NCBI GenBank assembly: GCA_964057225.1
Contig: OZ059894.1
Location: 16,678,001 to 16,742,000, forward strand
DNA: 64,000 nucleotides
Direction of reading: 5' to 3'
Source: Auanema rhodensis
Lineage: Eukaryota > Animalia > Nematoda
Shown here: in pieces, positions 41,101-52,312 of the stretch
How positions within the stretch are numbered: position 1 is the stretch's first letter
Layout: each line of letters opens with the position of its first letter
Made by a program: the position numbers and the translations under genes
The notes under the pieces: generated by a model
Seen by the model: the letters and a program-made list of their open reading frames with translations, nothing else
Database searches by the model: none
Told to the model about the DNA's origin: nothing

Positions 41101-42801
41101 ATATTCAAGGTGTTTGCCAGTAACAAGCGAGTAAGTCATCAAATTATATTATCAATTTCAATACCATTAACTATGACAACTTTCTTTCAGAACTTGGTTT
41201 GGAAATCGTGCAAACCCATATTCTCATAAGTTCAGAAAGATCATTTCATTTTCTGTGCTCATATACGTTTTTCTTATGATCATATTTCCAATTGTTCTAT
41301 TAACAATCCTTAATTTGATGCTTCTATGTGCTTTGAGAAAACGACAAAAGCATTTACAACTACATAATGAAGCCGAAAAGTAAGTTTTTATTAAATTTTA
41401 TTAAATATTTTTTAATATTAAATAGATATTTATATCTACACTTCCTTAATTTGACACACCTTTAACTTTATAATATAATAAAGTGGACATACATGACGAA
41501 AGATTCAAAGACCAATGAAATTCTGCGCAAATCTTATCGTTTCATTCATTTTTCAAACTATTCATCAAGATATGATCAAATTAATGACTAATCCCTTAAA
41601 AAACATCAAAAATCCATGTTTTAATAATGGCTGTCGTTTCATTTATTTCTTTGGCATATTTTTTTTCTTGATCAAAAAATGAGGGACCGTTAAATATTCA
41701 AAAATACATAAAAAATTCAAAATTTTTTTTCAACAAAAAAAAACCATTAAAACAAACTTTTATATTATTTATTTGATTTATGAAGTAAATTTTACACAGT
41801 TATCTTATTTAGATGAATCAGATCAATAGAATTAAATAATAATCATCTTAATAAATTATTTATTTATATACTTTTATATAAAAATATATTTTTACATAAA
41901 AAGTACTTTATTGGTACAAAATTTGAAAAAAAAAAAAGTTGGTTCATTGTTGGATTTAGTAGTACATAAATATTAATAAAGAAAAATGAAAAATGTAAGA
42001 ATAAATTAAAAAGAAATATAAAAAAAATTAAAAAATACCTTTTTTATAGAAAATTTTTCACAATAAAAGAAGATTTTGAAGTAGAACTATCATAAAGAGA
42101 ATGTTTTTTTTTTCAAAATTTTGATCAGAAATAAATAAATAAAATGAAATAAAATATTAAAAACTATATAAATAGTATAATATATAATATATTGTTTTTC
42201 AACATTTATTTTTAGTTTCACATCACGAAGAACAAATGAAAATCAACTTCAAAAAACAGAACATAGAGTTACTCTAACGGTTACGTTCATTGTAACCATG
42301 TTTACATTAACTAATGGACCATCAGCTTTAATTCATTTAATTCGAACAGCATATCATTTACAACAACAAGAATTATATGATTTAACTATGATATGCAGGT
42401 AATATATTCATTTTTATTTTTTTTTATTTTTTATATTTTATTACAGTACACTTGTTATATGTGGAAAAGCTTCAAATTTCATATTATTCTGCCTTGGTTC
42501 AAAACATTTCCGACTTCGACTTATGAAGTTAACTCAAAAGAAAATGAATAAAAAAATTGGTAAGATATATATAAAGATCAATCATGATTGAATTGTATTC
42601 TTGTTTGTTTCAGATACACTAACAACTCATCTACTTCCATCATCTGTTAGTCGAGTTGTTATGTCACATCGACAGAGTGTACCATCCCAGAAGACAAGCT
42701 TAAGCGGCACCACTGCAAGCATTGTGACGACTGGACGTCCACGTCATTCAAGTACAGATCAATCCCGGCCATTCTTACTCCGTATGGACAATGATTTCTA
42801 A
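38123..42801 (+). CDS. Class A (rhodopsin-like) neuropeptide-type GPCR, FMRFamide/sex-peptide-receptor-like group, 9 exons
   Basis: Exons 38123-38211, 38259-38345, 38932-39111, 40867-41032, 41077-41130, 41191-41379, 42216-42398, 42447-42559, 42614-42801 splice in frame. TM1 GIFGNFLNLTVL, MRSRANSFL, TM2 LAFAD, TM3 CADRLVGIRSP (DRY variant), TM5 IFPIVLLTILN, TM6 EHRVTLTV..FTLTNGPSA, TM7 GKASNFILFCLGSKHFR, Ser/Thr-rich tail. Confidence 0.9.
40367..40481 (+). repeat. Short hairpin followed by a degenerate (CGT/CAT)n microsatellite in GPCR intron 3; possible helentron/DINE-like remnant
   Basis: TTTTATCCTCAAA-GCCC TCTC GGGC, then about 75 nt of GTC/ATC triplets; a sharp GC island inside an AT-rich intron. 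Confidence 0.6.
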
Positions 42802-43000
42802 TTTGAGATACTCATACACTTCTTATTATTATAATTATAAATCAGATTGATAATATAAGAGAAATGGGTTTTTTACATATGCTGTTGCAAATTTTTTCCA
42901 AAATTAATTACCTCTTTTCATTATTGTTAATTGTATTTTTCTTTTCTTTCAAAAGAATATCTTCACTCTTATCATATTTTATTCTGTAATCATCCTACTC

Positions 43001-43002
<2 letters not shown>

Positions 43003-43052
<50 letters not shown>
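43003..43052 (+). repeat. (CT)n microsatellite downstream of the GPCR stop codon
   Basis: Directly visible dinucleotide run. Confidence 0.95.
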
Positions 43053-43058
<6 letters not shown>

Positions 43059-43674
43059 AATCTTTCTCTTTGCAAGAAACACACACATACGGGTCCCATA
43101 TAAGACAATTATTAATCATTAAATTTTCTTAATTAAAAAGGTTTTAATCCTTATTTAAGAAAAGTTTTTAATTGTTTTCTCATTAAACAATATCTTTTAA
43201 CAATTGATCTCATGATCATTTTTGGTGCTCATTTACTGTTTTCATTTTTTATTTTAAATGAAATTGAATTATAATATGAATATATGTATATTTATATGAA
43301 TTAATATATATTAAACCAAAAATAAATAGAATTACTTAATTAAAGTTTTATAAATATTATTTAATAATTAATTTATGAAAATACAAATATGTTTCATCTT
43401 CTCATAACTTGTTTAAATTCTTTTCATTTAATATAATTTTTAAAAAACAATATTTAAAACTTAATTCTCATCTAATAGATAGATAGATACATCGTTCATA
43501 TCTGATAATGAGAAATTACAATTTCAATTTCTTTAGTAACTACGAATTGATTGTTGTTTTGCATTCAAAAGTGTCTTTCCGAGAATCTGATTAATGAAAG
43601 CTGTATCATCTGCTTCTTCGGCATTCTTCCCTATTAAGCTAACTTTGAAAATGCAAGTGGCAATCAGATCTTGA

Positions 43675-44000
43675 ATACTCTTTTCCATTATCAGTTTACA
43701 TCTTTTTTGGTTTCCTTTAACTCTCTATAAAAATTGAGAAAAGAGCATCTGCAGTTTCTTTGCCTGTTTTACTCCTTAGAGGAAGAACCCATGTAAACTT
43801 TGAAAAACAATCTATAATTGTTAAAAGATATCTCAAACCATCGTTTTCATCTGCATACACTTGCATTTCTACAAAATCTGATTACCACTGATCATCTATG
43901 CCATCAAAGTAAACTCTTTGACTTTTGAAGTTTTTACGAGCTGGATTATGCTTAAAGTGAAAACATCTTGTTGATTCCAAAATTCTTCGACAATTTTTTT
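43675..44000 (-). pseudogene. Maverick/Polinton-type retroviral-like integrase (c-integrase) fragment, inactivated
   Basis: Reads KIVEEFWNQQDVFTL / HNPARKNFKSQRVYFDGIDDQW*SDFVEMQVYADENDGLRYLLTIIDCFSKFTWVLPLRSKTGKETADALFSIFIES*RKPKKM*TDNGKEY. This matches the Polinton integrase pattern TLHKP.R..F.R..V....ID..WQ.DL..M.....N.G..Y.LT.ID.FSK..W..PL..K.G...RKP...QTD.G.EF. It has three in-frame stops, a frameshift near 43950, and ends before the catalytic Glu. Confidence 0.88.
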
Positions 44001-44045
44001 CTAGAAGTATTTTATCTTTTTCTTTGATGTCTTTATTTTGCTCAG

Positions 44046-45298
44046 GAATTCCATTTCCTCTCTTCAAAGTATTCAATCTTTCGGATATAGGAGTCGAAGA
44101 TTCTGTAGGAAGAGCAAATGAAGCTGGTACAGCGTTTTTGCTTCCGGACGGTTGGCCAGCTCTGCAATTTTTTGTGGAGTCCGATTAGGTGCCTTCTCGA
44201 TCAGCAACGTTGATCAACCAAACTATGAATGTAGGTCCGGTTAGCCTCAAAGGTATTACTAAATCTTGAACTCAGATTTAAATTTTATAACTAACAAAAA
44301 CTAAAAAATATTGACGAAATATGATTTTTTATTATTTTAGATTTGACCAATTTCAAAATATATGCGCGTTACTTATTCTACACTCGTATTCTATTGAAGA
44401 ACAACAATGGGTCGATTGTAGAAGACGTGGATATGAAATTCCTTTTTACACAACATTGATTCCACATCGTTATTTTGTTATTTCTACGCGGCATGGAAGT
44501 CATCAATGTCTTAAGGAAGGTGAAGAAATTAAAGTGTACAATTCCGATCATGTACCGTTCAAAGTCAAAGTGATCTTCTATGATGACGATCGCGATTTCA
44601 TTGTTTTTGAGTCGGATATTGAACTATGTGATAACATGTACCAATCCGTGGTTCGATTAACGGAGGTTGCAGTTATGCTGTGTTGATATGTTTTCACGTT
44701 TTTTCACTTTTTGTTAGTAAAGGAATAAATTTTCTATTATACATAATTATATCAACTACAGGTGATTTTTTAGGGTTTCGAAGATATCAATCAACAGAAA
44801 AAAGACACCGAACATATTCCCTTGTTATGTAAGCGGAATTATCATGTATTCCTAGCCTAATTCGATGGGTCATTTTGTGGTAGTTCCGAAGGAGTAGCTG
44901 GACTGAGTGGTGGTCCTGTTTTCGATTTGTGTAATATTTTTAATTATAAAATTTTAATATTTAATGGTCTCAAAAATTAAATTTTTTTGCTGACAATCAC
45001 CTTATTGGCATTTGCGTTTCGACGGACGATTTGAATGACCGCGAGACGTTATGTGATCGTTTTTCCTCTGATATGATTAATTATTGTAAAGAAATTACAA
45101 TCGTTTGAATCATGTCGGTTGAAGTTGTTGCTAATTTCCTGCATTCTACTATTAATCCCGTAACTTTTTAATTTTTTAATAAACTTTTAATTATTGAGCA
45201 TGAAATAAGCCAATTGATAGATATCTTCTACATCATATTATTTATTTCAGAAAAAAGCAGTTGAAGCGATGTTTGTAGGAAAAAGAAAAAATAATTGA
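44046..45298 (+). pseudogene. Intron-containing trypsin-like serine protease pseudogene (wosp-like)
   Basis: Catalytic triad in order: His in FVISTRHGSH (44492), Asp in DDDRDFIVF (44594), Ser in EGVAGLSGGPVFD (44906), followed by LIGICVS. Intron remnants include 44273-44340 (GT..TTTTAG). There are several frameshifts, in-frame stops and an apparently mutated donor (ATATGT at 44686). Confidence 0.75.
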
Positions 45299-48200
45299 GT
45301 TAGTGAATTTGATGTAATTGTAAAAGTATGTGATAAATAATTTTATAAAACTCAAAATTTTATCCTCAATTTGCTGGTAATTAAATTAATTCAAATATCT
45401 CTTTGATTTGTAATAATAAAATTTTGAATATTACTAATTACCAAAGAAAATATTGGATAAAAATTATGAAATAGTTTTGATAAAAATTTGATGGAGAGTT
45501 TAATAATTGAGATTTATTACTTTCTAATACCTGAAATTCTTAATTTCCAGTACTATTACAAACTCTTCGAGGTTGATGTTGGTCAATGGTTTCAAGTCTT
45601 TCTTCAGAGTAGTCATTTATTAAGATTATTTTTATTTGAAAATGTTGAAAAGCTGAAATTTTAAAAAATGGGGTACTGAGCAAAATGGACAACAGCTGCG
45701 CCAGTCATTTTTTGGTCATTTTTCAAAAATGACACATTTTGAGAAAATTAAGACATGTTTTCACTTCAAAAATGGGTTTAAATGGCTGAAAATCTGAAAA
45801 AACGTTGGACAAAAAGGTGCGCCAGAAACAACTTTTTATATATTACTTATATGTATGTTGGTTTATTCTTTCATATCTTATATACATATATAAATATAAT
45901 TCTTAAAATCATAGTATATAAAGCGATTATTAAGAAAGCAAGCAAAAGTACCAATACCATGTGAGTTTGCTATTGAATTTGTGCAAAAAAAAACCCAAAT
46001 AAGTGAAACCAAGAAAATAACTGAAAAAGACTTTAATATTCTCAGCACATTTGAATCCGAGAAATGTTTTGCAGTGAAGCCTGCAGACGAAATTCTAAAT
46101 TTGAGAATAAGAACTAGGCTAAGTGTGAAGGAAAACTAATAAATAATATGAAATTTCACCAATAATATCATGATTTCAATATTTTCAATAAACTCGTATA
46201 CATTTAATTTTATATAATGATGTACATAATCTTAACTATATATATATATATATATTTTTTTTTTTTTTAATTATTAATAAGAACTGTTTTACATGTTTTC
46301 AATTTTTGCTCATCACATCATAGTTAATCCAAGTTGCAAAACGTTACAGCTTTTAATTTATAAGTTCTTCATTGAAGTACAAAAATCGAAATAATACTTG
46401 TACATGAATATTTCATTAAATATTTGAAATTCCTATTTAAATTTCTGAAAATTGGGAACAAATTCTGCATTGTAACCGTAAACATATCATTTTAGCTCAA
46501 AACAAAAGATAAAAATATAAAAGATGAACGACCATGACAAACGTTTTTTTTCATTTTTTTAGGAGTTCAGTATCACATATTCTATTTTCTATTATTGGCA
46601 AAGTTACTTTTATTTTCAAAAGAAAAGCAGATTTTTTATTATTTTTTTCATTTTTGAAAGCTTTGTGTTCTATTTGAAATAACTCTTTCTTTTTTTTTTG
46701 TAAATTTAACCAAGTACAGATGTAGTATAGTTAAATTGATCAAACTAACTAAATATGTATAAATGTATGTACATATATAGTTAATAATATATTTTAATTT
46801 TCTAATTATTCATTTCTAAAATATATTAGTTTATATATTATAAATTATAATAAATAAAGAAAAAAAATCATTGTTTAATAAAGTAATAATTTGTTGAATT
46901 TATCATGAATACTTATTTTCTTATATTTTAACTTACATACATACATAATTATAACTTATTTCAACAATTTCTTATAATATACATACATATTTTTATATAT
47001 TTCTATATATTCATAAATCATATATTTATTTTTTCTTTGTTTCAATTAGAAAAAATATGAAAAATATTTTAGTTTTATCAATAGAATTGGAATTTGATGG
47101 ATACATTTATAGTTAAAGATATATAGTTAATGATTAAGAAGCTTGAACTTTCTTTTTATAGAAATTCTAATATTCTTAAATACGATAATCGTTTCTAATA
47201 ATTCTTTCCTTTTTTGAAAAATGGAAAAATTTTTATATTTCATTTTAAAAACAATATACGAGACAAGTTACACAGAAAGGTTTTAAATAACATTTAATCA
47301 AACTAATATCTAATTTTGAATAAAAAATTGTTTAATATGAATGTTGTAAATATATTTAATTGGTTATAAAGTTTATTTTTTCTTCAATTCACAATAACTG
47401 AGTAGAAATTTCGGAAATGAATGTTAGTATTCTCAAAGCTTACTCAGTCATTTTTTTTCTCACAAAAAAATATTATTTCATAATATCATATATATTATTT
47501 TTTTGAAAAAAAAATTTATATCAACCTACATGTATACATAAATCAAAAATATTATTTGAAAGTCATCTTCATTCTCAAACTTATCTTAATATTTGAGATA
47601 TCATGAGATAATGCATACATGTACATGTATGTAGTATAGTACTATAGATAATGTAAGAATTCTGTTTTTCTTTAAAAATTCATTCAATAGTAAATCATTA
47701 AAATAATAAATAATACATATATATGTATGTCTAATTTAAATAGATTAGGAAAATAAGATATTATAACTCTTTAACTTTTAAATAAATTAAAAATATTTTT
47801 ATATTATATAATACTAGTTAAATTAATTTTATTATATTAAGTTTTATTACAATGTTTTAATAACAGATGAATGATATATGTATGTATATCTTTCTAATAT
47901 GTACATTCATATACATATGTATGTATAAATATATTCTTATTTATATATATTATAATAATTTATTTATACTTTATAAAATCTTATTTTTATTTAAATAATT
48001 ATACATTTAAATAATTTATTTATCACGTATTTTAGCTGATAATTTTCGCACACTTTGTTTACTGACGTGACTTCACGTTATATTCCAAATTTTTCATTTT
48101 TGATTTACATGTGCTTTAGAACAGTTGCTTTTTTTTATTTTCAATTCCCTTTCTTCTCATTTTGTCATTTAGCTTTTAATTGCTTTTTTAACTTATTTGT

Positions 48201-48783
48201 CTTCATTGCTTTCCGTTGATTTTTTTTTGTTGTATACTTGCTTTCTTCTCTTCGTTTCTACATAACTTCTCTCATTATTTGTTATTTCGTATTCATAACT
48301 ATACTCATAATCAATATAAATTTTATATTTTACACACATATGTATATTCAAAGATACATGTACGAATATACACAACTTACAACCTGAAAACGCCTACTTT
48401 TGGCTTCTCAACCGTTCATTAGTTTCAATTCGTCCCTTTGCTGAAGAGAAGGACAAGGGGAGGCCTGCTTTCAGCCAGCTTCAGCTCTCATCCTGCTCTC
48501 TCAATTCTGATATGTCGTAAGCTTCTCTCTCCTTGTTAGGCCCGACGATCGATGACGAATTGTCCCACTTGCAGCTCTTTTACCACCATTTTCATTATTA
48601 AATCTGGTTATCTAGTATTAGATTTCTAGCCTTTTTTCTTGCATCTATATTGAATAATAATTTTTATTTTTTTATTTCAATACATCTTAATATACTATTC
48701 ATATGAAACAATCTAATATAAAAAATAATTATCATCCATGACTCTGAAAAATTTTTTTTCTCGAATTATTTTATTTTAAATAA

Positions 48784-48814
<31 letters not shown>

Positions 48815-49210
48815 AGTAATTATTTATAACTATTAAAAGTTTTTTAAATTGAAAAAATTGAAAATATGCAAAGTTATTTAACAAATTTCAAATTCTTTTT
48901 TTTTTTCATATTTGAAGCCTTTGTGAAAGGGCTTCTTCGACTATGATGACCAAGCATAAATTGGAAAAAATTTCAAATTGGTTATTATTAATTAGAATAA
49001 CTATAATAGATACATTAATTAAGTTTAGTACATCTTATATTTAATAAAATATAATTAAGATTGAGATTTAACTTAACTATACTATTTTTATTTTTATTTT
49101 TCTTATAATCTTCGTTTAATTCTTTTTTTATCATTTTTTAAAATGTTTTTTTCTTCTCACAGATTAGCAACATAAAATATAAGAAGTCGAAAAATAACTG
49201 TGTTAACAAC

Positions 49211-50491
49211 ATGGATAATAGAAGAGCTGAAGATAGCATTCCGAGTGAGTTTAAAGCATATTTTGAAAAAACTTTTATAATTTCAAAACAGATGCGAATT
49301 TTCAAACATATGCAACGATGAATGAAAATCTACATAGTGAATCTGAACGAAATTCACAAGAAGCTATTGAGACTGATCTTCAAGAAACTGATACAATAAA
49401 CCATATTGATGTGAGCTCTGATGAATCAGATGAAGTTATCTCATGGGTAACTCCATCTGATTTATACCTTGATGCAGCTACGCAGCAATTTCGAACACCT
49501 GCTTCGGTTCCTCGACCTAAAAATGTATCCTTGTTCGACTTATATCAGAGCATTAATCAGGTTAATTTGTGTTTTTTTTTTTATTTAAAAAAAATAGTTG
49601 AACCTTTAATCTTTAAAATCGAAAGAAAAGTTCAAATACTTGTCTTCAAATATAATTCTCACTCAACGTTTCAACACCAATTTTGTTTATTTAATCCTCA
49701 GCTTAAAAATTTTAATACAATTTTCATTAGAAAGATTCATTTATTTATAGGATTCCATAGGAAATGGAGAAGCAAATCTTTCTTCAAGTAGAGATGATAA
49801 CATTCGAATTCTGATGTGGAGGGCTGGAGAAAACTTTAGAAATCAACTAGAGAATCGAGCGGAAGAGGAAGTGAGGCTTGCTATATTATTTTTCTAGAAC
49901 ATTCATTTCTAATATGTTTTCTTAAATGATTATTAATAATGGTTTTAGACGGAAGGTGCAGCTTTTGTATCTTCTAACTATTATGTTCCAACAACATCAC
50001 CTCATAATTGTCAACATGTTCATGCTCACGCTCATCCGAACGTATATGCTTGTCCACAAACTGTATATTATGCTATTACTTATTATAAGCTAATCTCATG
50101 TATTTAGATGAATCCTATCATGCCTCCAGCGGTTCCATCAAGCTTGGCCTTTCAGCCTATTGCCCATAATCCTTATGGATACACACCCTATGTGAATGCA
50201 GCATCTATTCAACATCCGACAACCTTCCAGCTTCATCATCATCATCATCATCATCACCATCATCATTTGCATTATGTTCAAGGAGGTCCATTACAAACAA
50301 CAACACTGCAATCGAATATTTATGCTGCAACACCCCGGCTAGATACAGCTCCAACATCAGCTCACATCTTTCCCATTACGAATATGATTTGTCCATATAC
50401 AACAGTAGCGTTAACAACACCTGTTGATCACATTCATACCCACAATACTACAATGTCCGGTAAAAATCCAACAGAATTTGCCCATCAGTAA
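49211..50491 (+). CDS. Uncharacterised ~306 aa low-complexity protein with acidic N-terminal half and Pro/Thr/His-rich C-terminal half (poly-His11), 5 exons
   Basis: Upstream acceptor at 49162. Exons 49211-49244, 49292-49560, 49751-49870, 49949-50062, 50108-50491 join in frame over GT-AG introns with no stops. No recognisable domain. Confidence 0.8.
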
Positions 50492-52312
50492 GCTAAAGCA
50501 CAAAAACTAGTTCAAATTGAACTGCCAATACCTCTTGAAAATTCTTTCCAACTCTCTCTAACTTTTTCTAATCTTTTTGTTTTTTTTTTACAAATTTTTA
50601 ACATCTATCTAAAATATAATTTTGAATTTTACTTAATTGTTTCTGTTAAAATTTTTGTTTGTTATACGCATCCTAACAATGGTCTCAGATTCTTATCAAC
50701 TTTAACCAGTGATTCAAACTCGTGTTCTTGAAATTTTCCAAGAGTTTTCAATTATTTTCATCTGTTAGTTAATTGATAATATTAGAAATTTTGTGTAAAG
50801 TAATGTAGTTAAATTAGATGAATAAATGAAAATTTGTTAAGACAATTTCAACTAATTATATTAAACATTCTATAACAAAACTTATATTTTAGGGTTTCGA
50901 TTACAAATATGTTCTGTTTAATTCATGTTTCCACCAAAGATTTTCATTATTCGAAATGTTTGGTCGATTCAGATTTCCAGGTCAAGATCGGGCAGAGGGA
51001 AGAGAAGAAACAAGAAAATGGAAAAGGATACCGGCAACCGCAAACTGTCAATTCCTCTGCTAAATATATGATGTATCCTTTCAGGAAGAGAAGAGAAACA
51101 TACTAAGATTCCATAATCATGTTCAATAACTAGAATGTATCTACCCAAATGGTCAAGAGAGGATAGATAAATAGATATTGGAGCATATAGTAGAAATTTC
51201 TAAAGAATTTCAAAAGAATTTCAAAAGTTTTTCAAACTCTCTGCATATATCTCTCTCTTTCTCTCTCTCTCTCTCTTTATCTTTCATTCTCCCCTTTGTA
51301 TCTATATCGACCTATCTCCATAGGAATGAAACAACAGGAGAGATAATACGAAACAACCGTTCACTACAACTGAAAGAATCAGAAATGAGACTTGGTGGTG
51401 ACAATAGCTCACGTGAACATGCGATATATTATAAAATATATATAGAGTGAAAGAGAGAAAAAGAGAAATTGAGAAAGGTGGAACATTGAAAGTTCCGTCG
51501 GAAGGGATGATTTGGTTGTTGGATAGTATGAAAAGAACTATGGAATAATTCATATTATTAGTACGAAGTCTGTAATCATCTTCTTCTATTATTTGCGAAT
51601 TCTTATAAATTCATTGTAATATATCTTGCAATATTTCTGTCTATTTCAAATTAAAAAAGGAATAGTTGTTTCACCTCATTTATCTTGTACTTATTCTTTT
51701 TTCGTCTTGTCCTCAATTTTCTGTAGTTATTCTGATTTACCGCATTCAAGTGTAACCACAACCACAACTTCACCCACGAAATCTTCCTGAATTATTTGGT
51801 GCAGAGAGATAGATAGAGAGAGAGATACATGGGAATTGTAAAAGAGGTTGATTATATGAATCCAAACTACTTCACTGCTCTTCTATTCTCTTATTTGTGT
51901 TCTAAAGTTCTAGCTCATGGTTTAGTAGCTGAAATTAACAAGCTAGAAACCGGAAGATATTTACAAAACTGGTAAGCAATTGGGACATTTTCACGCTAGC
52001 CTCCTCATCTTAAACCATCAGTACAGCCGAACAATCTTCATTTCGTCACTTTTTATATAATTTGTTTGTACAACAACTTTCTTTAAGAATATTATTTTAG
52101 TTATTTAAAAGATATAACAGTGAGTATTCTTTAAGTTTATTCATTTTTTATATATTTTCTTCTTCCTTATTCTTATTATAACTTTGATTTCTTCAAAGAT
52201 TTTGAAGTAGTTTTTGTCATTTTTTTAAATCTTCTGTTAAAAACGTTTTATTAACTGTTATCGTGTTCATCTATATACATATGTGTGTATTTCGATTCAG
52301 ACATGGTTTATG

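Larger units (their letters stand above)
43500..45830. mobile_element. Decayed, collapsed Maverick/Polinton-derived island (integrase plus protease cargo plus further ORF and repeat remnants)
   Basis: A block of coding-like composition between extremely AT-rich flanks, containing the integrase and protease pseudogenes head-to-head. No terminal inverted repeats or target-site duplication could be identified, so the boundaries are approximate. Confidence 0.6.

Noticed and set aside
45435-45616. Short minus-strand ORF MTTLKKRLETIDQHQPRR.. convergent on the protease pseudogene (possible antidote-like gene)
   Set aside because: Needs an unusually short 33-nt intron, runs into low-complexity sequence and has no recognisable homology; too weak to call.
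51829-51971. ATG-initiated open segment with a GTAAGC donor upstream of the acyl-CoA synthetase
   Set aside because: Splicing to either downstream acceptor (52100 or 52310) is out of frame or creates a stop; at most a 5' UTR exon.
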